Source: Octopus vulgaris (lineage: Eukaryota). Taken from it: 64,000 nt of DNA. Positions 1 to 13,572 of this stretch are shown here, in pieces; position 1 is the first letter of the stretch, and the number at the start of each line of letters is the position of its first letter. The DNA lies in assembly GCA_951406725.2 (NCBI GenBank), contig OX597821.1, forward strand, positions 85,250,001-85,314,000. The letters run 5' to 3'. Below the pieces are notes generated by a model. That model did not search any database. It was not told where the DNA came from and saw nothing but the letters and a program-made list of their open reading frames with translations. Made by a program: the position numbers and the translations under genes.

Positions 1-269
1 TAAATATGGCCATTAATATGCTGGTATTGCTGACTTAAAAGTGGATTAGTAATGAAATCATTTTGTTTTGTGTTTTTTTACAAAGACAATTTGTTGTTAA
101 TTCTCTAACAACAAACTGTCTTTTTTGACAATTATTTTAGCTGATTAGAAAATTAATCATGATTATCAATAGCAAAACTCCACCTCCTTCTCAACTGTGT
201 TCTATAGTGTTTAGTTAGATATAATGAAATCCCTAACCTTGTTAATACTGATAACCTATATCTTGATTA

Positions 270-603
270 TTCTTTTATCATTTTTCCTTGTTTTAGTCTT
301 TGGACTGTGACCATGCTGGGGCATTATCTCGAAGGGTTTAGTTGATCAGTTTGGCTGAAAGTACTTGTTTTAAGCTTGCTTAACTCTGGGGACACAAACA
401 AACCAACACTGGTTGCGAAGTAGTAGGAAACAAATACCAAGATGCATATATGGTTGTGCCAAATTCACTCTCAAGACATTGGCACTCAGGGTATTGGTTG
501 CACGGGAATTATGATACAAGACACTTAAGCTGCTTCATAGTGGGACTGAACCTGAAGCTGCATGGCTGTGAAGTGAACTTTTTAACCACACAGCCATGCC
601 TAC
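270..603 (-). mobile_element. Family A tRNA-derived SINE, old diverged copy
   Basis: Degenerate match to the young A copies (ccatgctggggc...gtgggactgaacc...accacacagccatgcc). Confidence 0.75.
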
Positions 604-1029
604 ACATATAGTTTATTAAATTAGATCTGTTACAAAGCTTGTTATCAATAGAATTATCAGACTAGGTCAACAATGAGGAACAGATTACTAGAATGACTTG
701 ATAGGTTTTTAGTACTCGTTGGTGATCACCATTAAGGTTAGTTTCCAGCAAACACCAAAGATAGTTTAGTTGAATCACTAGTATGTTGGTCTACTATCTG
801 AATAGCTTAACTGTTTCCATGTCATTATTACCCTTGATATGACCTTCAAGAAGAAACTGTATTTTAATGACCCAAGTCATGTTACTTTAATTAGGTACCT
901 TGGGCTGGCTTAGTTCAATTTCTGTAAGCAGACAACCATTGCAGTTGTTTTGTAAGTTTTCAGTTTTGAGTTGAAACCTTCCCTTGACTTAAACTGTAAT
1001 AAATTAGCTGTTACTTTTGTTAATATTGT

Positions 1030-1240
1030 AGGGTGGTGAATTAGTAGAATTATCAGTGTTGAAAGAAATGCTTTGTGGTATTTCTTCTGGGTTCAAATAT
1101 TGCCATGATCAAGTTTGGCTTGTGTCCTTTCACGATCAATAAAATAAAATACCAGTCAGGTACTGGGGTCAATAGTCAAATAACCCCAACCTCTGAAAAT
1201 TGCTGGCCTTGTACCTAAATTAGAAAGGATTATTATTTTT
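1030..1240 (+). mobile_element. Family B SINE, diverged
   Basis: gaaatgcttt..ggtattt, ggttcaaat, gtactggggtcaat and a ggccttgtacctaaatt(att)n tail, as in other B copies. Confidence 0.65.
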
Positions 1241-2804
1241 ATCATGCAGAGAGAAAGAGATATCTCTCAGCTACATAGTGATATTAGAGTTGGTGCAAGT
1301 TTTGGTGTCCCTATCTTGTTACATAGGATGTTTCTAAGAGTTAGTTATCATTCACAGAGAATTTTTAGTGAAAGATCTTGTTCAAATTACTTTTAATAAG
1401 CCTTTCTCTCTGTCTCTTCTGTACCTTACTGTTAGGATGTTATTGGATTGATATTTGAGGAAATTTTCTCCAAGACATGTTAACATGAACAAATAAATAT
1501 AAAAATGATAATGGTAGCAGTGATTGAATTTAGATAAGAAAATAATGATTATTTTGCATTATTAATACAAGTTCCCACTGAAGACTTTGTAATCATCTTG
1601 GTTAGGCACAAAGAGGGAGGTTGTGGTATAATTTCCATGAAACACAATCAGGTATTAGTAAAAGATAAAGGTAATATTTAAAACAACACTTATTTTTGAA
1701 TTGATCAGCTGTCCTGTTCTGGTGGGAGTCAGAAGCATAAAATAATTTTAAAATTAACCTTATATTTTTAACATCATGGTACATAGAATGTAAATCTAGA
1801 CAAACTGTTGTCTGAAAAGCATTAAAATACATCCTTGGAAGTTGACAAGAACTACTTTCATTAGAGTGTGTACAAGTGTGTGAATGTAATAAAGAAAATT
1901 AATTAGGACTTACTGAATTGACAGCTGATTGGGTTTATTAATGAAGTATGTTAATTGTCTGGCTATATATAATATATATATATATGATATAAAATGTGTG
2001 ACCTACACTAGAGCATTGCTCATACATTTGGGACTGGAGCTGTTACACATGTAAACATTCAAGGATACATTTAAAAATATGTCGTCTCATTTAAAATTTT
2101 CTCACTTTTACTAACTCTAGTTTGTCCATTTGTTGTGTTTCTGTCTTTTCTACTGCCCCTATACTCACTGCTACTCCTCTGACCCTGCAGTAAGTGACGT
2201 ACTTACTGTGTCTCAGCCCACCTCATACTCCTACCTCTCCTTATTGTGGTCATATTTTCCTTTTCTTATTCATTTCAGTGTCTTGTCTTTATTGTCTCCC
2301 CAAACCTTACCTTAAACAGTTTGCTCAATATTTTCCTTCGATTTCATTCTCCGAAATTCCTTCCCTGTCAACATTTTCCCTACCAGTATCAAACTCTCGA
2401 ACAAGAACTGACAGATGTCATCTGTTTGGGAGAAAACTGTAAAAGCTGTTTGTTTTGGCTCCAAGACTAAATAAAAGGCATTTTATTTAATCTTATAGCG
2501 GGCATCTCCAAGAGTCTGTTGGAAGGAAAAACATTGTGTTCTGGAGAGTGCAGTTTTGCCTCTTGATATTTTTACAAATATTATTCTAGTCTGGTATTTA
2601 TAAGTTTCATGATGATTTAGTCATCAATTGTTTGTCAGTTTTGTAATTTGTTTCCTCATTTCTGTAAAGAAGATCTCATTAACATCAATACTTTTATTTA
2701 GATATTTTGCAGGTGTGCATTGTGATGTTTTAGGGCTGCAATACCTGTTGTCTTTTCTTTGAAGTGTATATTTATTCCAAGAGTATTGAAATTAAATACA
2801 TATA

Positions 2805-3120
2805 TCATCATCATTATTTAACGTCTGTCTTTCATGCATGCATGGGAAGGATGGTTGACAGGAGCCAGTCAGGTAGAAAATCTACCCTAGGCTACTGTGT
2901 CTGTTTTGGCAGAGATTTTACGGCTGGATGCCCTTCTTAGCACCAACCACTTCACAGAGTGGACTCAGTGCTTTTTACATGGCTCTAACACAGGCGAGGT
3001 TCATTTTGGCATGAATTTTACAGCTGGATGCCCTTTCAAACACCAACCATGTTACAGTGTGGACTGGATGCTTTTAATGTGGCACCAGCACTGGCAAGGT
3101 AACCAACTTGCAAGACAAGG
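2805..3120 (-). mobile_element. Family C retroposon, (GAT)n tail
   Basis: catcat-tttaacgtc tail; ggctggatgcccttc...ccaaccac block present twice. Confidence 0.75.
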
Positions 3121-3169
3121 AATTATTGGATGATGTGGTGAAGCATAACGTTTAAATGTTCGACCACAC

Positions 3170-3578
3170 AAAGGCAATGACATGTATGCTGTACTTGAAG
3201 ACCCGAGAAGCCAAATGAAGTCGTAGTCATGGCCAATGCCAGTGTCATGTAACTGGCGCCCATGTCAGTAGCATGTAAAAAGCACCCTTCAAACTTTGGG
3301 CCTCATAGAGGTAGTGACAAGTGACTGGGACCTTTGGCGATATGCTGAGCTTGAGAAGACCTGTCAAGCCAAGTGAAATTGTAGTCATGGCTGATGCTGG
3401 TGTCATGTAAAAAACACCCATTACACTCTTGGAATGGTTGGCATTAGGAAGGGTATCCAGCTGTATAAACCATGTCAAATCAGATTGGAACTTGGTGCAG
3501 TCTTCCAGCTTACCAGTTTCAGTCAAACCATCTGACCTATGCCAACTTGGAAAGCAGATGCTAAATGATGATGATGGT
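3170..3578 (+). mobile_element. Family C retroposon
   Basis: catgtaaaaagcaccc, ggttggcattaggaagggtatccagctgta, ends in taaatgatgatgatg. Confidence 0.75.
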
Positions 3579-3584
3579 AATATG

Positions 3585-3619
<35 letters not shown>

Positions 3620-3759
3620 ACACACACACACACACACAATATCCACTGAATAAAATGATAGTTGTTGAGCCAACAGGACATCCTTTATGCTTGTGGTTCT
3701 CAAACAAGGCACATTGGAGGTCAAATAAAAGAATTTTTGGTACACTTTCTATGTCATAT

Positions 3760-4053
3760 ATACACATGGCAAGTGACATTTACATCTTTGGCCTGTTTTC
3801 TCACTCAAAGAAGCTGAACAACAGTGTAGCCTTCTTCATATGGCAGTAACTACATTGATACCAAATAACCAATAAAGGTAGAAAGTCCTTAAATATCTTT
3901 CAACTTCTAAACACTAATCACTCTTGACTAAGTTACACACACACAGTCCTGGTGAATATGCTATTTGATGTTATTTGAAATTCGAATTTCAAATAATTTC
4001 TTTGAGAGTGAGAAAACAGGCCAGAAGATGTAAATGTCACTTGCCATGTGTAT
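3760..4053. repeat. ~53-bp inverted repeat enclosing a perfect 26-bp palindrome
   Basis: 3760-3812 is the reverse complement of 3998-4053 (two small indels); ttatttgaaattcgaatttcaaataa at 3971-3996. Confidence 0.9.
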
Positions 4054-4897
4054 CATCTGAAGAAGTATTATAATAATTAACTGTGATCTGAGATGTTTCA
4101 TCATCAGTGTATTGGTGAAGATTGAAATGAATGGGAAAGGAAGATGTGACCAAATTGACTTAACATTAGTGGGGCATGCAACTCTTACATAAAAGGAACA
4201 ACAGAAAACTAACAGTAGTAGTAAATTTACTGTGGGATGATCATGTCTAGAATATATACTACAGACTTGGACACGACCATGTAGTTAAGAGGTTCACTTT
4301 AGAATCCTGTCATTATGTGTTTGACCCCACTGTGTCATATTTGACAAGTGTCTTTTTCAGTTGTAGCCTCAAATTGACCAAAGCCTTGAGAGTGAAATTT
4401 GGTCACCAGAAACTGTGCAATAACCTGTTGAATAGATTAATACCACCACCACCACCACTTACCTGACTTGTGGGTACCTTCAGTGAGTTTCTTGTATTAT
4501 GAGTATTTAGGGTAGGTCTCTAGTCTGTGAATATCTTAATTGTAGTACTTCCTCTCTTTTATTTTCCAGCCTTGCCTTTCTCCCTCTGACTAAGCCACAA
4601 ACAAGAAATAATAAGTAGGATGAGCTTAGGAATTCTTTTAAAATGTAGGAATCTAATTACTAAGTTTCTGATCTCTATCACTCCCAGACCATTTGATTGA
4701 GATTAAAATCAAGACTCTTTCAAATTAATCGTGTGAAGCAATTGTTATTGTCATCACAGCTGTTGTTTGTGTTACTTATATTAGTAGTAGTTGTATTCAT
4801 CCATTCCATTCTGGTTAACTGACTCACATCATTTTCTTAAGTAGCCACATTTTTTTTTTGCGCCTTTCTTAATGGTCTGGAAATCTCTGATGTTGTT

Positions 4898-5123
4898 TTA
4901 ACCCCTTAGCATTTAAACTGGTCATATCCAACCCAACCATTCTACCTGTTTTATGTTAAGACTGATGAGATCCAGCCTCTCACATCTACCCTACAATGTC
5001 ATTTTTAAAAAATAAAATCACATTGAAATATCAAATCTATGAGATAATGAATGATTAATTCCAAATAATGTGAACAAATAAGTGTTACATTTGGCAGAAT
5101 GATCTGAATGCTCAGTGGGTTAA
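4898..5123. mobile_element. piggyBac-type MITE (family F1)
   Basis: TTAA-CCC...GGG-TTAA ends; body homologous (opposite orientation) to 30613-31476 and 59091-59722. Confidence 0.8.
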
Positions 5124-5589
5124 ATTGTTAATGGAAGCAGCTGGTATATATTTTATGTGAGAGAAAAGTGTATAATTACACAGTAGATGGCGTCATTGCT
5201 TTTGTAATGTTGTTTAGCCCTCTGACAACACCAATTGAACAGGCTTATCAAATTTTTTCTGCTATGTCCATTTTGTTTTCAAGGCTGTGAGTTCTTGGTG
5301 GTAGACTTGATCCATTATCTGGTTTAATACCATTACCTGGTCCTTGGGTGCCTTTAGTAGAGCTCTCAATGTTGCATGCATTCGGGTTAGGTCTCCAATT
5401 TGAGGATAACTTTCTTTCTTTCTCTCACCTATCTTAGGAGTCCTGAAAAAAAAAAGGTCATGAATGCTACCCTTCTATTTCTGAGTAGTATAAAAAAAAA
5501 GAAGCAAAGCAAAAATGGCATCACATTGTCTAATGTGTCTTTTCTTCATGTAAGGTGTTTTTTGTAAGAGATTTGGCTGTTACATTTAA

Positions 5590-5925
5590 AGAGTAAAGAA
5601 CCACTTCAGTCATGAATGACCATGGGATTGCACCTAGGAAGTTCTTCTCTGAGGCACAGGTCCAGGCAGGGTTGTTTGTGGAAGACCAGCAGTCACCCAT
5701 GCATACCAGTCTCCCGTCTCCTTGTTGTCCAAGGCAAAGGCAAAGGCTGATACAGCTTGGCACCAGTGATGTCACAACTCATTTCTAACAGATGAGTGAA
5801 CTGGAGCAACATGACCATAAAGTGTCTTGCTCAAAAACAATACACATCCTGGTCTGAGAATGAAATGCACAACCTCATGATTGTAAGACCGACTCTATAA
5901 CCACTGAGCCAACCTTCACATGCGC
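5590..5925 (-). mobile_element. Family E tRNA-derived SINE
   Basis: Minus strand has A-box tggctcagtgg, then gagcaagacactt...ctccagttcactca (CORE-like block); related pieces at ~20440-20880 and ~53835-53970. Confidence 0.65.
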
Positions 5926-6365
5926 CTGTTACATTTACTGTGTAATAATCAGTTGCCATTATGTTGGTTTTTAAGTAGTTTTTCTACTAGCAAATATTTA
6001 TTGTAGTTAGAACTTTATACTCATTTTGGTAGCTGATGAGATGGTACACAAAGTAGCATATACCAATGTATAGTATATATTAAGAGGATGCTTACTAATG
6101 CAGTGTGGCCAATAGATAAATATGTATATAGGTTCATATCCACATGTTATTAGATGCACTGTAAAATTAGGCCCTATGGTTAGATTTTGCTTTTGCAGTA
6201 ACATAAAATGAGAATTAAACCAACTAATTTTTATCTTACTGCTTGTCAGGATTTATTTACTTCCCACTTCCCAAACTGCTGGATAATTGTTTAGATATTT
6301 ATTCATATGCCATGTTATATCAGTAGGGTAATGATTATTGACAGGCCATAAACCTTGTAACATCA

Positions 6366-6798
6366 TTATCTTTTATCTTTTACTTGTTTCAGTCTTTAGA
6401 CTGCGGCCATGCTAGGGCACTGCCTTGAAAAATTTTAGTTGGATGAATCGATCCCAGTTCTTAATTTTCATTTAAAAAAAAAGCCTGGTACTTATTCTAT
6501 CAGTGTCTTTTGCCTAACTGCTAAGTTATGGGGATATGAATACATCAACACTTGTTGTCAAGTGGTGATGGTGGTGGGACAAAGGTAGACACAATGACAT
6601 ACAATCCACACTCACACACTTATACACACACATACACTATGTGCTTCTTTCAGTTTCCATCCACCACATCCAGTCATAAGGTTTTGGTTGACCGGAGGCT
6701 ATAGTAGAAGACACTTGCCCAAGGTGCCACACAGTGGAACTGAACCTGGAACCAAATGGTTGAGAGGCAAGCTTCTTACCACACAGCCATGCCTGTGC
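6366..6798 (-). mobile_element. Family A SINE, older full-length copy
   Basis: Full collinearity with young A copies. Confidence 0.85.
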
Positions 6799-7785
6799 TT
6801 AATTATATAAATTATCCTTGAGAGAATTCAGTTTGCATTTCATTAAACCACTCTCTACTTCTGATGCTCTACAACTTGGAAAGGTAACCAAAGAAACAAG
6901 AAAGAGAAAGACAGAATCCTGATGAGCTGCTATCATAGCAAAAAGTAATCAGTTTGATCCTCATTCAAAGCCATCAACAACACTGCTACCTCCACCGAAC
7001 GTGGCTTAACTTCATAACCTAATTTCACAAGGAAACTAAATACATATGGACATATTCTGTTAGTCATTCATAGTGTGGTTGGATTCATTGCTCTAACCAT
7101 CTGGTACATAATAGCTATTTTTCTTGCAATCTGGCTGGCACAATTGTCTAGTATCATCTCGGTCATCTCTTGTGATTGTCTGTTGTGATTGTACTTTTTT
7201 GAGTTGGTATTTCTTTACAATGGATCGATTTTTCTTTTTTACGCTTTTGCATAGTTCAGATCTTTACTGCATTCTATCTTTTGGGTCTTTATAATCTTCC
7301 ATACTTCAAATGGTCAGAAGTAATCAAAGTCTCTCTTTCTTGACCTTTCTCTTCTTTTTTGGTATCGCGTCCTCTTATCTCTATCCCTCTACTATGTACC
7401 TCTCTCCCTCTTATTCTCCCTAACTCTTTCTATCAAACTCAATGAAGGAAATGTTACACCTTAAAATAATTGCAACTTGTTTGGCAGATTCAGCTTACAT
7501 GATATTACCTTAGAAATGACATGAACATCACATTATACCATCACCTGTTCTTAATAGTCCTATGTAATAAATCATTTAAGTGAAAAGCTTTATTGGCTGG
7601 TAGTTCATATTTTGAACATCGTTTATCTATATTTAATGTAGTTGTTATTAACTTCAGATCATCTGTGATATTACTGCCTTGACTTGTTTTAAAATATAGG
7701 TATTCGGGACTATATTATCTAATGCCTCCTTCCTTATATATTTTGATAGAGATGGTAAGACAACAAACGAATGAAAGAGACCTTG

Positions 7786-8128
7786 AGCCATGAGTTTTGG
7801 ATGTCAGGGTGGAAATCCACACCGCTATCTCTTCAGTTATCTGGCCATCGGAAAAAATGCTATGAAAATGACCGTTAAACAAAGGGAAATTACTGTGTGA
7901 TTGACCGTTATTAAGACAAAAGAGCTATTTGAATGACTGTGGGTGCGCATGTGTAGGTATGGACATGCGCGCTTACGGGGAATACAATGAACATTTTTAC
8001 CCCCTTTTACTCCCTCCCCTCACTTTAACGGTCATTTTCATAGCATTTTTTCTGATGGCCCGATAACTGAAGAGATGGCGGTGTGGATTTCCACCCTGAC
8101 ATCTGAAACTCAGAGTTTTATCATGGCT
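7786..8128. mobile_element. MITE/fold-back element with ~90-100 bp inverted repeats
   Basis: 7791-7879 is the reverse complement of 8024-8112 with few mismatches; outer agccatga/tcatggct. Confidence 0.8.
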
Positions 8129-8695
8129 ACCAAACATATATATATATAATAGTAGGGCGTGATATGAGGGAGATTTAACTATTTCTAGCAGCTCAAACAG
8201 CCACATTGAAACTCCCTTATTGTTTTTCGTTTAGTCTAGTTATTGTCGTTTAGCTCCTGGTCATACTTGATTGAATAGATATATTCTAACGTTTATCATC
8301 AATTTTTCTTTTTGTATATCTTGGACGATACTGTCCAATATACCATATTACTTTTTAAAACAGCAGAGTGCGAGTCAAAGAAAATTTACCTGCTATTTCT
8401 CGCAAACTATGGAACTATCTAAAAGTTCCCTCAGTCTTGTTTCCCTTACAGATATCACTGTACTCTATTGAAATTTAATCCTTTTCCTGTCATATATTAA
8501 TCCCAGGTAAATTGTTGAAATACCTTTGAAACAGCTGACAAATTTTGTAGCAAACTTTTTTCAGTTTTTATCTCACCTCTTGATAGCTTTCCTGGAAAAA
8601 ATATATGTTGTTCCAGAAATCTATTTCTCATAGTGTTAATGCACTCTATCTCTGAATCTTTTAATTTTGTTTTATTTTGTTATATATATATATAT

Positions 8696-9100
8696 ACTCT
8701 TTTACTTGTTTCAGTCATTTGACTGCGGCCATGCTGGATCACTGCCTTTAGTCGAACAAATCGACCCCAGGACTTATTCTTTGTAAGCCCAGTACTTATT
8801 CTATCGGTCTCTTTTTGCCGAACCGCTAAGTGACGGCGACGTAAACACACCAGCATCGGTTGTCGAGCAATACTAGGGGGACACACACACACAAACATGC
8901 ACACACACACACACACATATATATATACATATATACGACGGGCTTCTTTCAGTTTCCGTCTACCAAATCCACTCACAAGGCATTGGTCAGCCCGAGGCTA
9001 TAGTAGAAGACTCTTGCCCAAGGTACCGCACAGTGGGACTGAACCCAGAACAATGTGGTTGGTCAGCAAGCTAATTACCACACAGCCACTCCTATGCCTA
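8696..9100 (-). mobile_element. Family A tRNA-derived SINE, young
   Basis: Minus strand: A box TGGCTGTGTGG, B box GGTTCAGTCC, ccttgggcaag block, internal (TA)/(TG) microsatellite, aagtaaaagag tail. Confidence 0.92.
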
Positions 9101-9616
9101 CAAGCAATATATACATAATAAGGGGAAATGTGGGTTGGTGACAAGAGGGCTATCCTGCCCTAGAAAATCTGCCTCAATAAACTCCATTTGAGCTATGCAA
9201 GCTTGTAAAAGTGGACCTCAAAGTTATGTACAGCTGCACTCATTGATACTTCTTGGCTCTACCACTCACATGTCCACATACACATTATGTCTGCACATTT
9301 GCATATTCATACTGGTTTATATATATATATACCTACTCTTCTGCTTCTTACTCTTCTTTTTGTTCATATTTAGTATGTCTCCACTGTCTTCTATTTGGTA
9401 ACCACATCCCTTATCTATTCTCTTTTTTCATTCATTTACTATTTTAACACATGGATTTGACCCCCCACCCCATCCTGCTTCAGTTTTCTCTTGTCTATCT
9501 TGACCTAGAGCCTATACTCCAGACTTTAATATTTTCCATTTCCACTCAGTGTTCTTCATTGCATTTCCTTGTTAATACTTACTATCATATTTCCTTTTCA
9601 ATATCAGGTGTTATGA

Positions 9617-9830
9617 AGGTGGTGAGCTGGTGGAAATGTTAGCATGCTGGGCAAAATATTTAGCGCCATTTCGGCCATCCTTATGTTGTGAGTTCAAATT
9701 CCACTGAGGTCAACTTTGTCTTTCATCCTTTCAGAGTTGATAAAATAAGTACCAGTTGAGTATTGAGGGGGCAATGCAATCAACTCCCTCTCCCTAAATT
9801 GCTGCCCTTGTACCAAACTTTAAGACCTAT
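9617..9830 (+). mobile_element. Family B SINE
   Basis: ggtggtgagctgg...gagttcaaattcc..gaggtcaactttgtctttcatcctttc...gataaaataagtaccag. Confidence 0.8.
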
Positions 9831-10095
9831 ATTTGGTGCTTTGCTTAGCAGCATCATATAGAAGCAGTGATATCTGAAAACGACGACTATCTAGCTAGCA
9901 CTCTTAACCATCATTCCTTCATTTAATTCTCTAGTTTTTCAATTCATTCAACAGCATTAACCCCCTCTTATAAATACCTTATGAAAGCATTTTCTCCAGA
10001 ATATCATGGTCTCCTGTATTGTTATGCATTTTTACATTGCTTGTATTCTATGATTTTAGGATCCATTCTATCACCCACTTATTTTAGAAGTTCTA

Positions 10096-10610
10096 CATCA
10101 TCATCATCGTTTAATGTCCGCTTTCCATGCTAGCATGGGTTGGACGGTTCAACTGGGGTCTGGGAAGCCCGAAGGCTGCACCAGGCCAGTCAGATCTGGC
10201 AGTGTTTCTACAGCTGGATGCCCTTCCTAACGCCAACCACTCCGTGAGTGTAGTGGGTGCTTTTTATGTGCCACCGACACAGGTGCCAGACGAGGCTGGC
10301 GAATGGCCACGCTCGGATGGTGCTTTTTATGTGCCACCGACACAGGTGCCAGACGAGGCTGGCGAACGGCCACGCTCGGATGGTGCTTTTTATGTGCCAC
10401 CGACACAGGTGCCAGACGAGGCTGGTGAACGGCCACGCTCGGATGGTGTTTTTTACGTGCCATCGGCACGGAGGCCAGTCGATGCGGTACTGGCTACGGC
10501 CACATTCGGATGGTTTTCTTATGTGCCACCGGCACTGGTACCACAAAGATACAAATTCCATTGATGTTCATCGATTTTGATTTGGTTTGATTTTCACTTG
10601 CCTCAACAAC
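10096..10610 (-). mobile_element. Family C retroposon, young, with internal 63-bp VNTR
   Basis: (GAT)n tail, ccatgctagcatgg palindrome, units starting 10256/10319/10382/10445/10512; explains the repetitive ORFs at 10127-10580. Confidence 0.9.
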
Positions 10611-11516
10611 TTTCACATGTAAGTCTGTTGCAGTTCATAGCTGTTAACTGTTGGCATAGTTCTAGTTTCTCACTTTGTTTGAAACCTTGTGAGACAGAAA
10701 AGATACAAGTAAGTTTGAAAGACCTTTTGATGCTTAAAACAAGTTTTGTCTGATATATGGATGAAATTTAATTACACAAGTATGGGCGTTTAATATAAGG
10801 AATACAAGTGAATACAAAATTTGGATTAGTCAATGAAAACTTGGAACAATGTATCTAAAGAAGATGGTTCTTACAGGCATAGTCTTATAGGGGCTATGAC
10901 AAAACATTTTTATTTGCATTTTTGTGTAACTTGTCACATTTAGAAAACATTTGTAAAACTTGCTGTAATTGATAATGATGTTGCTGATAACCAGAATAAC
11001 TGCCTAATTGCCAGATAATTACAACTATAGTAAGGATTTACATTCAGTAACATAAATTTGGTTTGTAAAACTGGTTGTTGAAATAATTGTGGTGATTGAA
11101 AATAATGGGAGTGGCTCTGCCAATGGTTGGGAGTCGTCATGTGCTACATAACTTGTAAACCACTAGAAGCAAGGTCCCAATTAATATATAAAGTCAACAT
11201 TATTTGTAGACTGAAATTATCATTACAAACCATTTTATAGGATTTGATTACTAATAGCCTGGGGTCATCAGATGTAACACTGACAGTTACTTAACAAGTA
11301 ACAAAACTATATTAAATAATCAATTTTTCTAAAATCATCCATTTAAGAAACAGTTTCATTTCTAAAGTTCACAATTCCAGTTATTTGATATCTGCACCTA
11401 AATATGTAACTCTAAATTTTAGCTAATAGGAGTAACTTTCTTCTGTTCTATAAACTGCGTGTAACTACACAAATCAATAAGAGTACCTCTACACCTCCAC
11501 TTAACTTGTTTTGAGC

Positions 11517-11712
11517 TAATGGGGTATTTTCTATGTGGTTGCTTAATGTATTAGAAACAGCATCCAGATTGCCTTCAATTGACACCTGACAATTGACAAA
11601 AAAAAGGATAAATAGGATGTGTAGTGCCAGATATACTGAAAATAAGATGTAATGGTCATATATCGAGCATCTTTGATAAGTCTGCTTGACCAGAGCCTAC
11701 CTGGTGCAAAAC
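11517..11712 (+). mobile_element. Family D old SINE-like repeat
   Basis: tagaaa(t)agcagcca...atggtcat...ctgcttgaccagagc..acctgg; many diverged copies in the window. Confidence 0.6.
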
Positions 11713-13572
11713 CTTAAAATCCTGCAAATGTCTAATGACCTTTCATGGTGACCATACATCTCCGTCACAACTAAAAGGTATTATTCCAAGACTGACTAAG
11801 TTTCTTCTTTGGAGTCAGAAAATAGTTAATCTCTGAACATTTGTTCACCCCCTGTATATAATTTTCCTGCAATGAATAAGCAGTTATTAGAGTTCTGGAT
11901 AGAATGCTTCATGGTATTTGTTCCAGTGCTCTGTGCTCATATCCCATTCGGGTTAACTTCACCTTTCATCTTCAGAATCAATCCAAGGTGGTGGATTGGT
12001 GGAACTATAAGAATTCTGGTCAGATGCCTTGTGGTATTTGTAGTCACTCTTTGCTTTCTGAGTTCAAATCCCACCATGGCTTACTTGAGTTGTAGACTTA
12101 ACCTGTTTAACACCAGCACCTTGTACCATTGGTGCCTTTACTGGAGTTTCCTCTGTTGCAAGCATTCAGGCTAATTTTCCAGTCAATTGTTCATTGAATA
12201 CAACACTTCATTACAAATAGGTAGGAAAATATCCTTAATGCTGGTAAAATACTTTATATTTCATTGTATTTTCCCAGCATTCTTTTGGCAGACTTTGCCA
12301 TTCATTCTATCAGATATAATTCTCTGCAATTATTTTGTCAATTTTCACTTATGTTTTCTTATTTGCTTCTTAATTTTTATTGGTTTGTTCTATCGACTTC
12401 AAAGTTTAGCCATATTCTTCATGTCCCTAATTTTGTTGTTTATCTACAGTAACTAACAATTCCTTATTCATTCTAATTTGGGAATGTTTGATGATGATGA
12501 TATACATGTATGTTGAACGTTTGAAAAGTTAAAATGAAATTATTGCATTAAGATATTTTGTCTAAGACTTATATCTGTTTAAGAAACCATGCAATGTTTT
12601 GCTCTTCTAGTGTACTTCTGTCTTCGCACTTTGGGTTCCAGTCTTATTAGGGCTGACTTTGATCATCATCCTTTCAGTGTTCAATAAAATAAGTACCAGC
12701 CATGGCTATGTGGTTTAGAAGTTTGCTTTACAACAACATGGTATTGAGTTCAGATTCACTGCACAGTGTATTGGTCAAGTGTATTCTTGTGTAGCTTCAG
12801 ATTGACCAATGCCTACCTTGTTAGTGTGGGGAACTGTGTGAAAGCCCATTGTGTATATATGTGCATGTTAGTGTGCATTTTTCATTGTTATAAATCAGTG
12901 AATGTAGTTAGCATCTTGTGAATATTGCCAATAAGCCAATACATTATGAAAATAATACCAAATAATACCTTGCAGTGGTTATTTCACCTGAATCACACGA
13001 GCACTCTCTTTTCATTTTTACCATTGAAAATGCTGTGAACTAGTTATTGTTCAGTTGGAAACTTATGGCCAACAACACTATTGTTCTCAAAATATATATT
13101 ATGAAATATATATAAATAGATACTGGAGTCAATATAATCAGCTGTTTCCTTCCTTTAAGTGGGCGATCTTATACCTAGTTAGGAATCAATGTATTTCTTC
13201 GTTTTATGCCAGTTTTTCTAAGCTTGCATTGGTTGAATAGATATTTGAGGCAATTTTCAAGTAAGGGAATTTTTTTCCCTTGGAATTCAACTGCAGAACC
13301 ACATAGTTACAGGCTGTTAATGTTTGTCAGAAAGATTAATTCAACATTATTCATAATTCAGGCAATCTCATGGGAAGCAGTGGAAGTGACAACTTCATGT
13401 ATATACTATAGTTTCCATCTACCTATTCCAGTCGTAAAGCATCGATTGGTCCAAGCCTATAATAGGAAACACTTTTTTAAGGTGCCATACAGTTGAACTG
13501 AATCTGACACTGTATGATTGCATAGTGAACTTCTTAACCACACAACTATTCCTGTACCATAATAATAATAAT

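Noticed and set aside
6919-6950. Hammerhead CTGATGA-GCT..AGC
   Set aside because: GAAA replaced by AAAA and no stems I or III; at best a dead relic.
10127-10580. Repeat-protein ORFs / CRISPR-like array
   Set aside because: 63-bp tandem units inside a family C retroposon; spacers are near-identical, context is eukaryotic, no cas genes.
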